From positions 4,167 to 68,166 of the forward strand of contig JBEKRX010000027.1 of assembly GCA_049518415.1 (NCBI GenBank): a stretch of 64,000 nt of DNA, written 5' to 3'. The notes under the pieces were generated by a model. That model searched no databases, was not told the DNA's origin, and worked only from the letters and a program-made list of their open reading frames with translations. Positions 1 to 8,766 of this stretch are shown in pieces. This DNA comes from Verrucomicrobiota bacterium (GTDB taxonomy: Bacteria; Verrucomicrobiota; Verrucomicrobiia; Limisphaerales; UBA8199). The position numbers and the translations under genes were made by a program. Numbering within the stretch: the stretch's first letter is position 1; every line of letters begins with the position of its first letter.

Positions 1-58
1 GCGAAGGGCGCGACTTATGCAATCGGCGCTCGGATTTCGGACTTAAAACTCACACCGC

Positions 59-514
59 ATGTTTGACGAACTCAACGATCTCTATCAGCAGGTGATTCTC
101 GACCATTGCAAGCACCCGCGGAATTTCCATGAGCTGGGCCACCCCACCTGCTCCGCCCAGGGACACAACCCGCTGTGCGGCGATGAGTTGCAGCTCTACC
201 TCGCGCTCGAAGGCGACGTCATCCGGGACATCAGCTTCGTCGGTTCCGGTTGTTGCATCTCCAAGGCCTCGGCCTCCCTGCTCACCGAGGCGGCTAAGGG
301 CAAGACCCGGCGCGAAGTCGAACAGATGTTCGATCAGGTGCACGCCATGGTGACCACCGGCCGGGCCGTGGGGGACATGGGGAAATTGGCGGTCTTCGCC
401 GGCGTGCACAAGTTCCCCGCGCGGGTCAAGTGCGCCATCCTGGCCTGGCACGCCCTCATGGCCGCCATCAAAGGCCAAGGCCAGCCCGTCACGACGGAAA
501 ACCAGGAGACGTAG
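59..514 (+). CDS. sufU: SUF-system Fe-S cluster assembly scaffold, SufU/IscU-like
   Basis: 151-aa ORF with the three conserved Cys motifs NPLCGD, GSGCCISKAS and ARVKCA typical of SufU/IscU. sufT and sufS lie nearby on the same strand. Confidence 0.85.
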   Translation: MFDELNDLYQQVILDHCKHPRNFHELGHPTCSAQGHNPLCGDELQLYLALEGDVIRDISFVGSGCCISKASASLLTEAAKGKTRREVEQMFDQVHAMVTTGRAVGDMGKLAVFAGVHKFPARVKCAILAWHALMAAIKGQGQPVTTENQET

Positions 515-553
515 GAGGATGCTGGCGGTCGCGTCCGGGGATAGGCGGCTTAA

Positions 554-581
554 CCGTTTATGTGGAGCTCCACATAAACGG
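554..581. repeat. Perfect 28-bp palindrome between convergent genes (possible bidirectional terminator or protein-binding site)
   Basis: CCGTTTATGTGGAG followed directly by its reverse complement CTCCACATAAACGG. It is AT-rich relative to its surroundings and has no flanking T-run. Confidence 0.5.
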
Positions 582-619
582 CTTAGTTGCCCGCCCGCCG
601 CTGGTGTGATTGGGAGGGT

Positions 620-1051
620 TTAAAGCGGAACCTCTTCCTTGTCTTTAACGAGACTAAAAATCGCCCTGAAGCTGCTGAAGAATCGGACTTTGTATTTTTG
701 AACGTCCGTGCCGGTCATCGGGTTGCGCGTGAAGACAACGAAGCAACGCTTCCGGAAGCAAGCGCGGTCGGCTGAAAGCTTGTCGATGGTGGCTTCCAAC
801 TGCACAACCGCACGGTGGATGTCCGAGCCCTTCAACTCGACGTAAATCTCCTCTTGAGAGAGCATGTCTGCGAGGCGAACCAGCCAATCGCAACGGGGCC
901 CTTGGGTGATGGCGCAATTGTCCACCTCGACTTGCTCCACGCTGCGCTCCTGGGGGTTTAAAAGATAGAGCGTGGAGGTTCTCCTGCCAGTCAGCGCGAT
1001 CTTCCGGTGCTGCAAAAAAGTGCTGCACTCGCGGCCGTCAGGGCTTTTCAT
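620..1051 (-). CDS. Small (143 aa) PD-(D/E)xK-like putative nuclease, partner of the upstream ATPase
   Basis: In-frame ATG at 1051 is preceded by GGAGGG and overlaps the ATPase stop by 14 nt. Residues CD55W ... YVE72-L-K74G followed by a helix (HRAVVQLEATI) match restriction-endonuclease-like core spacing. The fold assignment is inference only. Confidence 0.55.
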   Translation of the reverse strand: MKSPDGRECSTFLQHRKIALTGRRTSTLYLLNPQERSVEQVEVDNCAITQGPRCDWLVRLADMLSQEEIYVELKGSDIHRAVVQLEATIDKLSADRACFRKRCFVVFTRNPMTGTDVQKYKVRFFSSFRAIFSLVKDKEEVPL

Positions 1052-2327
1052 TTCCCTCCGCGAGCAGTTGATCAAATTCAATTGCGATGTCGTTCGAGAC
1101 CTGGTCGATATAGCTGGCATCGATCAACCCTGTTCCGGGGTCCACGATAGGCATGGCCCTTCCTTCCTCGAGCGCGTAAAAGCAGACCTCGCCGGGGTTG
1201 AAGGAACCGCGGATAATCTTGGGAAGTCGCGCACCGGCGCGCCGGTCTCGCTTCGCATTCGCATCTTTCCAGAGCTTCCCCGCCTGGAGGAGATTGTTGA
1301 AGGACGTCAGTATGTACGGACTGTGAGTCGTCACCACCAGACACAGTTCGTCTTTCCGGCAACGAAAGACCCTGCCGATTAGTTCGACGATCTGTTTCTG
1401 GGTCGACGGAAAGAGGTGCGCCTCGGGTTCTTCAATGTAAAGGGAGCGGTCTCGCCAACCAGGCATTGAGAAGATGAGCGCGAGCAACCGCAGAATGGGC
1501 AAGGCCTCCTGCTGGCCGGAGGATGCCTGGGCTAGTTTTGCCTGGCGTCCATCACCAAACTGAAGGAACTCCTGCCCTTTGGCTCGGCCCAATTCAGCGT
1601 GCAGGATCTCTTTGATGGAAGATCGGATGCCCTGGAAAGCGTCGGGCTTGACCGGGTCGTAAAAGCCTCTTTCGTCCAGGCGCGCCTTGGTCGACTCGAG
1701 CAAAGAGCCGAAGGCGGTCAGGAACGGCTCGGGGCTCTCACCGCCATGAAGCGTGGTGAAGATGCTCGCCTGGACTTGCGAGAAAAAAGCCCGGCCAGCC
1801 GGGATAAACATCTGCTCGCAAGTGGACCAGGGACCCAGGATCTCCTTGGCTTCCTCGTCGTATTCCTGGATCAGTTTACTCCCGACTTCCTCAGAGGCGT
1901 ATTCATCTCCCTGCGTCCGAACTCCGAAAAGCTCGTCTTTCCTACGCTTCAACCTCTCCATCGCGCGCGGATAAAAGTCGCTCCACTCCAAGCTCAGAGC
2001 CTCCTGCCTCGCCGCCGGCATTCCGCAGAACTTCACGCGCACATGTTCGCTCCCGGTCGTGTAGGTGATGTCGAAGTCTGCAACTCCGCCGCTGCCGATG
2101 GGAAAATATCGTTGGAACCGCTCGCAGCACTCGGCGTTGTACTGGCTGCTCTCCCGGTCATGTATTACCGCATGGGGCAGCCGCGAGGCTGTTTCCCGAA
2201 AAAAGTAGAGCAGCTTGGCGATGATGCTCTTGCCAGTGGCTTCCGGGCCGATCAGACCGGTGACGCGACTGACCTCGAGATTCACATCCTCCAGCCCCGC
2301 AAAATTGTTGATCTGAATTCTTTCCAT
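1038..2327 (-). CDS. ABC/SMC-like AAA_15/AAA_21-type ATPase (429 aa)
   Basis: Start chosen at MERIQINNF. Walker A GPEATGKS, signature-like ASSGQQEALP, Walker B SLYIEEPEAHLFP and H-loop VVTTHSPYIL are present. The upstream 94 codons of the ORF look non-coding. Confidence 0.85.
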   Translation of the reverse strand: MERIQINNFAGLEDVNLEVSRVTGLIGPEATGKSIIAKLLYFFRETASRLPHAVIHDRESSQYNAECCERFQRYFPIGSGGVADFDITYTTGSEHVRVKFCGMPAARQEALSLEWSDFYPRAMERLKRRKDELFGVRTQGDEYASEEVGSKLIQEYDEEAKEILGPWSTCEQMFIPAGRAFFSQVQASIFTTLHGGESPEPFLTAFGSLLESTKARLDERGFYDPVKPDAFQGIRSSIKEILHAELGRAKGQEFLQFGDGRQAKLAQASSGQQEALPILRLLALIFSMPGWRDRSLYIEEPEAHLFPSTQKQIVELIGRVFRCRKDELCLVVTTHSPYILTSFNNLLQAGKLWKDANAKRDRRAGARLPKIIRGSFNPGEVCFYALEEGRAMPIVDPGTGLIDASYIDQVSNDIAIEFDQLLAEGNEKP

Positions 2328-2535
2328 GCTGGCGCAAATGCCGGTTGTGCGTAACCTGCCCCAATTTAGCCAAAGCCCCTGGGGATGCGCAACTCGGATC
2401 TCGCGCCCCGCGCGCCGGCGGCCCGGCGCTGGGGCAAGGAGCTTCGTCCCGACTTGCGCCAGGCCGCTTGGCGTGGGAAGGTTTGCAGGGTCAGGCGCGA
2501 CAGTTTGGCCCCAATCGGCTATAGTTTTTGTGGTT

Positions 2536-3084
2536 ATGAGTGGCAACGAGAGCATCACCCTGGCCCGGGACGTGGAGGCGGCCATGATTCCCATTGGGTC
2601 CAAAGTCACGCTCCAAAAGGGCGAGCAGGCCTACCTGACCCAGTCGCTGGGCGGCGCCTACACCGTGATCGTCAATGGGAACCTGTTTCGCATCGAAGGC
2701 AAAGACGCCGACGCGCTGGGCTTGGAGCCGGCGGCGGCGCCGGTGAGCGTCGGCGCGCCGCTGAGCCAGGAACAGCTCGAAAAGGAAATCTGGAACCGGT
2801 TGCGGTCCTGCTATGACCCGGAAATCCCGGTGAACATTGTCGACCTGGGCCTGATTTACGATTGCCACCTCTCGCCGCTGGGGGCGGCGAGCTATCGCGT
2901 GGACGTGAAGATGACGCTCACGGCACCCGGCTGCGGCATGGGCCCGATGCTGGCGCAGGACGTGCAAAACCGCTTGCTCGGGCTGGAGGGCGTCGACGAC
3001 GTCGCCGTCGAGCTGGTTTGGGAGCCGCCGTGGAACCAGGCGATGATGACTGAAGCGGCCAGGTTGCAGTTGGGATTGATGTGA
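2536..3084 (+). CDS. sufT: Fe-S assembly SUF protein SufT (long form with DUF59/MIP18 domain)
   Basis: Start at MSGNESI. DUF59 motifs YDPEIPVNIVDLGLIY and MTLTAPGCGMG are present. The stop lies 2 nt before sufS. Confidence 0.8.
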   Translation: MSGNESITLARDVEAAMIPIGSKVTLQKGEQAYLTQSLGGAYTVIVNGNLFRIEGKDADALGLEPAAAPVSVGAPLSQEQLEKEIWNRLRSCYDPEIPVNIVDLGLIYDCHLSPLGAASYRVDVKMTLTAPGCGMGPMLAQDVQNRLLGLEGVDDVAVELVWEPPWNQAMMTEAARLQLGLM

Positions 3085-3085
3085 G

Positions 3086-4342
3086 ATGCCCCCCTCCACC
3101 GCCATTCGAGCCCAGACCCCGATGAACTGGTCCTCCTTGCGGGCCGATTTCCCGATTCTCGACCAGAAAGTCCATGGCTGGCCGCTGGTCTATTTCGACA
3201 ACGCCGCCACGACCCAAAAGCCGCGGCCGGTGCTCGAGGCCCTGCGCCGCTACTACGAGTGCGACAACGCCAACGTGCACCGCGGCATCCATGCCTTGAG
3301 CAATCGCGCCACCGCCGCCTTCGAGGCCGCCCGCGCCCGCGCCGCCGCCTTTATCCATGCCCGCAGCGCCGAGGAGATCGTTTTCACCCGCGGCACCACT
3401 GAGGGCATCAACCTGGTGGCCCAGTCCTGGGGCGCCAAATACCTCCGGGCCGGCGACCGCCTCCTGCTCACCGAGATGGAGCACCACAGCAACCTCGTCC
3501 CCTGGCAACTGCTGGCCGAGCGCACCGGGGCCGGGCTGGTCTTCCTGCCGGTGACCGGGGACATGGGCCTGCTGGACCTGAACCGGTTGGACGAAGTCCT
3601 CACCAAAGAGGTGAAGCTGTTCGCCATGACGCACATATCCAACTCGCTGGGCACCATCAACCCGGTGGCGGAGCTCTGCGCGCGGGCGCGCAAGCTGGGC
3701 ATCACTACGCTGGTCGATGCCGCCCAGAGCGCCGGGCACCGCCCGCTGGACGTGCAGGAGCTGGGCTGCGATTTCCTGGCCTTTTCCGGCCACAAGATGT
3801 GCGGCCCCACGGGGATCGGGGTCTTGTATGGACGGCAGGAACTGCTGGAGGGCCTGCCGCCCTACCAGGGCGGCGGCGAGATGATCCTGAGCGTCGATTT
3901 CCATCACAGCACCTGGAAACACGCCCCTCACAAATTCGAGGCCGGCACGCCCGACATCGCCGGCGCCGTCGGATTGCACGCCGCCATGGATTACCTGGAC
4001 CACATCGGCCGGCAGCACATTGCCGGGCACGACCAGGAACTGGGGGCCTACGCCTACGCCCGGCTCGCGCGCCTGAAGGGCATCCGCCTGTTCGGCCCGC
4101 ACCTCGGGCGCGCCGGTCTGGTCAGTTTCCTGCTCGAGGGCGTGCATGCCCACGACGTGGTGACCGTGGCCGACCAGCGCGGCGTCGCCTTGCGCGGCGG
4201 CCACCACTGCAACCAACCCCTGATGCGCAAACTCGGCGTCGAGTCCACCGCCCGCGCCAGTTTTTATTTCTATAACACCACCCAGGAAATCGACCGCTTC
4301 GTCGAGGTCCTTGCCGAAATCCAGAAATTCTTCGGGGCGTAA
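3086..4342 (+). CDS. sufS: Cysteine desulfurase SufS (class V aminotransferase)
   Basis: PLP-lysine motif SGHKMCGPTGIGVLYG and catalytic-Cys motif RGGHHCNQPLM are present. Length is 418 aa. Confidence 0.9.
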   Translation: MPPSTAIRAQTPMNWSSLRADFPILDQKVHGWPLVYFDNAATTQKPRPVLEALRRYYECDNANVHRGIHALSNRATAAFEAARARAAAFIHARSAEEIVFTRGTTEGINLVAQSWGAKYLRAGDRLLLTEMEHHSNLVPWQLLAERTGAGLVFLPVTGDMGLLDLNRLDEVLTKEVKLFAMTHISNSLGTINPVAELCARARKLGITTLVDAAQSAGHRPLDVQELGCDFLAFSGHKMCGPTGIGVLYGRQELLEGLPPYQGGGEMILSVDFHHSTWKHAPHKFEAGTPDIAGAVGLHAAMDYLDHIGRQHIAGHDQELGAYAYARLARLKGIRLFGPHLGRAGLVSFLLEGVHAHDVVTVADQRGVALRGGHHCNQPLMRKLGVESTARASFYFYNTTQEIDRFVEVLAEIQKFFGA

Positions 4343-4393
4343 CCTGTTCGAGTGTTTCTGCCTTTGGAGCGTGTCCGAGAATTGCCCTTTTTT

Positions 4394-4435
4394 TGGTTCT
4401 TCCGAAAAGTTGGTGTCTGGGCGCGGCGTTTTGGC
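4394..4435 (+). repeat. 42-bp repeat core, copy 1 (half element)
   Basis: TGGTTCTTCCGAAAAGTTGGTGTCTGGGCGCGGCGTTTTGGC is the exact reverse complement of 33346-33387. It lies about 50 nt after the sufS stop. Confidence 0.8.
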
Positions 4436-4528
4436 AGCCTGAGGCCTTGGTCGAGACTTGCTCCGCCAGGCCCGCTGTAACCAAGGGGCCAAGGATTGGC
4501 AACAACCCCAAGGGTTGTCAGAAAGTAG

Positions 4529-4569
4529 CCGGTGGTCGTTCTGCGGCGACAGGGCAGAACGACCACCGG
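4529..4569. repeat. Perfect 16-bp-stem hairpin (REP-like)
   Basis: CCGGTGGTCGTTCTGC, a 9-nt loop, then GCAGAACGACCACCGG. It lies about 65 nt beyond the stop of the IS200-like relic and has no T-run. Confidence 0.7.
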
Positions 4570-4632
4570 AAAGTCGCGCCGGGGTTCGCCCGCACCCCGC
4601 CAGGGGTGCCAGAACTCTCGGTGGGCCGCCAC

Positions 4633-4830
4633 CTACACCAGGTATTGGGGATCATACTTTACGCCGTTCCTTTCGAGCAACCGCTTCAGTTCGTCCACGA
4701 AGGAGAGCGCTCTATGGTGTGCCTCCTGGCCGGCAATGTAGCGGCGCAACGCCAGCCCATGGGTCCAGCTCGCGCTAAAAATCGAGTAGCCCTCCTGCCA
4801 GGAGAAGCCGCGCTCGAAGTTCGTTGCGCC
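4633..4830 (-). pseudogene. C-terminal relic of an IS200/RAYT-like (Y1/HUH) transposase
   Basis: Only the last ~60 aa (FSWQEGYSIFSAS...RRYIAGQEAHHRALSFVDELKRLLERNGVKYDPQYL) resemble the family C-terminus. The upstream part of the 209-aa ORF shows no family resemblance. Confidence 0.55.
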
Positions 4831-4923
4831 GCATTTGGGCTGGGGCAAGGCGCGACGAAGGAGCATGCCCTGATGGGTCTGCGACTGAGGAGCAACGCCG
4901 CCCCAGCCCAAATGCGGCGCAAC
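4823..4923. repeat. 24-bp inverted repeat with a 53-nt spacer
   Basis: GTTGCGCCGCATTTGGGCTGGGGC (4823-4846) pairs with GCCCCAGCCCAAATGCGGCGCAAC (4900-4923). It sits where the transposase relic loses similarity. Confidence 0.7.
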
Positions 4924-5221
4924 CCCCCGGGCGGCAGGTCTTTTCGCTCCAGCCTTCGTTGCTCGCTCCTCATCCCGACAGGTCGGGAACGGGTATGCTC
5001 GTCGCTCGCGCCTCGGCTGGAGCGAAAATCCCTGGCCGCGAACGTCACCGTATTTATGACACGCAGTACTAAGCCGGGGTCTGGCAGTCGAAGGCGCCGC
5101 CGAGCCGACCATCGCCGCCCAATGGATTTCCAAACCGTGTGCGAAAAAATGAGAGGCCCCCTTGCCGTGCTCTGCCCCGGCTTGACCGCAACCGGCGTTC
5201 AGTCTATTAGAAACAACGGCT

Positions 5222-5560
5222 GTGCCAACATACGAATACATCTGCGAAAAGTGCGGACACACTTTTGAGAAGTTTCAATCCATGTCGGCTGAACCGTTGC
5301 GTGTCTGCCTGGCCAAGGTCTGCCCCCGGAAACCGTGGGGCAAGGGCAAAGTCAAACGAACCATCACCGGCGGCGCGAACCTCCTCTTCAAAGGCAGCGG
5401 CTTTTACGCCACCGATTATCGCTCCGAACAGTACAGACAAGCCGCCAGCAAAGAAGCCGCCCCGGCATCCTCCTCGGCCGGCGAAAGCAAATCCAGCGCT
5501 GAGACCAAGCCCGCGGCCAAATCCGAAACCAAACCAACCTCAACTCCAAAAACAGCATAG
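5222..5560 (+). CDS. FmdB-family zinc-ribbon protein (CxxC_CxxC_SSSS)
   Basis: MPTYEYICEKCGHTFE with a second Cys pair (RVCLAKVCP), then FKGSGFYATDY and a low-complexity tail. Confidence 0.8.
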   Translation: MPTYEYICEKCGHTFEKFQSMSAEPLRVCLAKVCPRKPWGKGKVKRTITGGANLLFKGSGFYATDYRSEQYRQAASKEAAPASSSAGESKSSAETKPAAKSETKPTSTPKTA

Positions 5561-5901
5561 ATTATGTCTTGCCGGCCGGGCCTGACAAAAACACCAGCTC
5601 AAGGAATCGAGCCTTCAGACTGGCCCGCCCTGCTGCCCCGGAAACGCAACCCTTTCCGGAGCCGGCGGCGGCAGCCTTTGCGTTTGGCGATTCGCGCCTT
5701 TTTCGGTCCTGGGCCTTCGGGCTGCGGCCCGCGCCCTGTCGGAGCCGGACTTCGGGTTCCAGTACACCGGCGGGGAAGTTGCCTTACTTTGGTCGCCGCA
5801 GTTGGTTCCCGATTTTGTCGCGATTCCCCCTCGCCCCCTGCCGGCGCCGGGCGCGGCGCGGCAGGGCCGCAGGGGGTCAGGGAGAGGAGATCAACGGCTT
5901 C

Positions 5902-7252
5902 ATGGATATGCCGATACTTTTTTGTCGCTGCACCATTCCTCTGCTGCGCTTTGACTGCCGGTTCGGTTCGCGCTCAATTCCCGCCCCCCAACCCGCTGGC
6001 CGCCAGCAGCCGTTCCGGCCAATTCATTGTCCAGGCCGCCACCGCCGCCGAGCCGGACCGGCTGCTGGCGACCAACCAGAGCCTCGTCCACCTCCAGCCG
6101 ACCCTGCTGGCCGTCTCGGCCGAACGGATCAAACAAAACCTGTGCCGCGAGCTCGGGGCCAACGAATCCTGGCGCGGGAAGGTCTTCGTCACGCTCTATC
6201 GCGCCTTGAGCGCGGAGGACGGCGCCACTATCCGTTCGGACCGGTTCAAGGACGGCTGGCTATACCATGTTTTTCTGCCCGACGTGGTGGAGCGCGGCCG
6301 TTACGTGCGGGTGCTGACGCAAGTGGTGCTGCTGGAGTTGGCCAATCGCTCGGCCGGGCTCCGCTCGGCCGAGATCCCAACCTGGCTCGTGGAAGGTCTG
6401 GCCCGGCAACTCCTGGCTTCCAGCGAGGTGGAAATCATCCTCCCGCCCCCGGGCGTCCGCGTCAACGGCGTCGCCCTCACCCCAACTTTCCTCAACGGCC
6501 GCTGGGAAAACCCCCTCCAGCGCGCCCATCAGCAATTGACCCGCCACCCGCCGCTCACCTTCCAGGAACTGAGCTGGCCGGCGCCAAACCAGTTGGTTGG
6601 CGAGGCCGGCGAACTCTACCGCAGCAGCGCGCAATTGTTCGTCAACAGTCTCTTGCGCCTCCAAAGCGGCCCCGCCTGCCTGCGCGCCTTCCTGGCCGAA
6701 TTGCCCCAGCACTACAATTGGCAGTTCGCCTTCTTGCGCGCCTTCCAAGCCCATTTTGCGCGCCCGCTCGATGTCGAGAAATGGTGGGCCCTGCAAGCGG
6801 CCAATTTCACCGGCTGCGACCTGTCCCAAGCCTGGCCGGCCGAGAGAAGCTGGGAGAAACTCGACGAAGCCGTGCGCTCCCCCATCCAGGTCCGCACCGG
6901 CACCAATGAACTGCCGCTCCACGCCCAAGCCACATTGCAGAACGTAATCCGCGACTGGGACCGCGCGCCGCAGACCTTTGTGCTCCAAAACAAACTGCGG
7001 GAACTGGCAGTGGTCCGCCTCCGCGCTTCCCGCGACCTCGCCCCTCTCGTGAACGATTACTCCAGAGTCATCGCCTCTTATCTGCAAAACCGCGACCGGA
7101 CCGGCTTCCTGCTGCGCTTCCGCAAAAAAGCCGCCCACCGCCACGCGACCGTAGCCGCCCTCATGCAGTTGGATGCCCTCGACAGGCAGCGCCTGGCCCT
7201 GCGCCCCACCCAACCGCCACCCTCACTCCCCGCTCAAGCTGCCCTCAAGTGA
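5902..7252 (+). CDS. Secreted hypothetical protein. The ATG start and the body are in different frames across a T6 tract.
   Basis: The long ORF (track 5564-7252) carries a signal-peptide-like FFVAAPFLCCALTAGSVRAQ but has no in-frame start nearby. ATG 5902 follows GGAGAGGAG and joins the ORF if one T of the 5918-5923 run is dropped, giving MDMPILFVAAPFLCCALTAGSVRAQ. Confidence 0.6.
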
Positions 7253-7455
7253 CCCTGCCAGCGAGCACGGAGGACGGAGAACGGAGAACGCAATGCAATT
7301 GCCAGTTGGACTTCCCAGAGCGCAGGCCGGGAGAGGACAGGCGGGCACCAGGCGGAAACTCGAAGTTGACAATTGACAGTGGGAAATGAACGTCTCCAAG
7401 TCCTTGTTGCCAAGCCACTTATGCCGGGCAACCTGGCCCTTTCCACTTCCCCGGC

Positions 7456-7483
7456 TTGACAGCCTGCGGATCATACTTATAGT
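7456..7483 (+). promoter_or_regulatory. Sigma70-like promoter upstream of kamA
   Basis: TTGACA, a 16-nt spacer, then TATAGT, ending 25 nt before the ATG at 7508. Confidence 0.4.
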
Positions 7484-7507
7484 GCGCTAACAAAAACGAA
7501 GCGAAAA

Positions 7508-8746
7508 ATGCAGACCCCCACCTCATCCGGGAGCAGCGACGAGCCGCCATCGCGGCGCTGGCCACATGCCTTGAAGGAATTCCACTCTGCGGGCAGAGGA
7601 TTTTGGAGCGACATTGCCGATGCGAACTGGGGTGACTGGCATTGGCAGCTCAAGCACCGCATCACCACCGTCGAGCAACTCCAACGCTTGATGCGCACCC
7701 TCACCCCGGAAGAAGTCGCCGGCGCCAGGCTCGCCAACCAGAAGCTCGCCCTGGCCATTACCCCTTACTTTTTCAATCTCATTGACCCGGCGGACGAGGA
7801 CTGCCCGATTCGCCGGCAGGTGATTCCGCGCGTGGAGGAAACCTACACCGCGCCGTGGGAGATGAGCGACCCTTGCAGCGAGGACTCGCATTCCCCGGTG
7901 CCGGGACTCGTGCACCGCTATCCGGACCGCGTGCTGTTCCTGGTGACCGACCGGTGCGCCGCCTATTGCCGCTATTGCACCCGCTCGCGCCTCGTCAGCA
8001 ATGCCTCCGGCTACGATTTCCATCCCGAGCTCGACCGGCAGGTGGATTACATCCGTCGCCATTCCGCAGTGCGAGACGTGCTGCTGAGCGGCGGCGACCC
8101 ACTGCTCTTGAGCGACGAGAAGCTTGAGTACCTGCTGGGCCGGTTGCGTGCCATCCCCCATGTCGAGTTCCTGCGGATTGGCACTCGGATTCCCATTTTC
8201 CTGCCGCAACGCATCACCCCGCAGCTCTGCGCGGTGCTGGGCAACTACCACCCGCTGTTCATCAGCATTCACTCCAATCATCCCCGGGAGTTGACCACCG
8301 AAGCGCGCGACGCCCTGGGCCGGCTGGCCGACGCGGGCATTCCGCTGGGCAACCAATCCGTTCTGCTCCGCAAGGTGAATGACGACCCCGCCCTCATGCA
8401 AGCCCATGTCCAAAAGCTCCTCATGTGCCGCGTCAAACCTTACTATCTCTACCAGTGCGACCTGATCGCGGGCTCCGCCCACTTGCGCGCCAGCCTGCGG
8501 CAAGGCCTGGACATCATGGAGAAGTTGCGCGGCCACACCACCGGTTACGCCGTGCCGCAATATGTCATCGATGCCCCCGGCGGCGGCGGCAAAGTCCCCA
8601 TCAATCCGGATTACATCCTCAGCCGCAATGCCGACCGCGTCGTCATCCGCAATTACGAAGGCAAGGTCTTCGAATATCTCGAGGCCCAGGATGGCACGCC
8701 CCTCACCCCCGCCCCGAGCCAAATCGAAGAGCCCGAATTGGTTTAG
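7508..8746 (+). CDS. kamA: Lysine 2,3-aminomutase (KamA-family radical SAM)
   Basis: Radical-SAM cluster motif CAAYCRYCTRS, plus LLSGGDPLL and KamA-type N- and C-terminal regions. Length is 412 aa. Confidence 0.85.
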   Translation: MQTPTSSGSSDEPPSRRWPHALKEFHSAGRGFWSDIADANWGDWHWQLKHRITTVEQLQRLMRTLTPEEVAGARLANQKLALAITPYFFNLIDPADEDCPIRRQVIPRVEETYTAPWEMSDPCSEDSHSPVPGLVHRYPDRVLFLVTDRCAAYCRYCTRSRLVSNASGYDFHPELDRQVDYIRRHSAVRDVLLSGGDPLLLSDEKLEYLLGRLRAIPHVEFLRIGTRIPIFLPQRITPQLCAVLGNYHPLFISIHSNHPRELTTEARDALGRLADAGIPLGNQSVLLRKVNDDPALMQAHVQKLLMCRVKPYYLYQCDLIAGSAHLRASLRQGLDIMEKLRGHTTGYAVPQYVIDAPGGGGKVPINPDYILSRNADRVVIRNYEGKVFEYLEAQDGTPLTPAPSQIEEPELV

Positions 8747-8766
8747 CCGGAACGATTCAGTTGAAC

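Noticed and set aside
554-581. Calling the 28-bp palindrome a canonical rho-independent terminator.
   Set aside because: There is no loop spacer and no flanking U-tract on either strand, so it is kept as a palindrome of uncertain function.
2328-2609. N-terminal extensions of track ORFs beyond the chosen starts: the ATPase to 2609, sufT from 2326, the propeller to 18820, nth from 11094, moaA to 34664, the permease to 21571 and the EF-hand protein from 8975.
   Set aside because: The extensions are Arg/Pro/Ala-rich, overlap neighbouring genes or terminators, and precede an internal Met where family-typical N-termini begin.
5569-6909. 446-aa ORF in the alternative frame starting near the ATG at 5902.
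   Set aside because: Beyond the first ~7 codons it is Arg/Pro/Gly-rich nonsense overlapping a frame with protein-like composition. Only its start codon and SD appear real (see the T6 frameshift finding).
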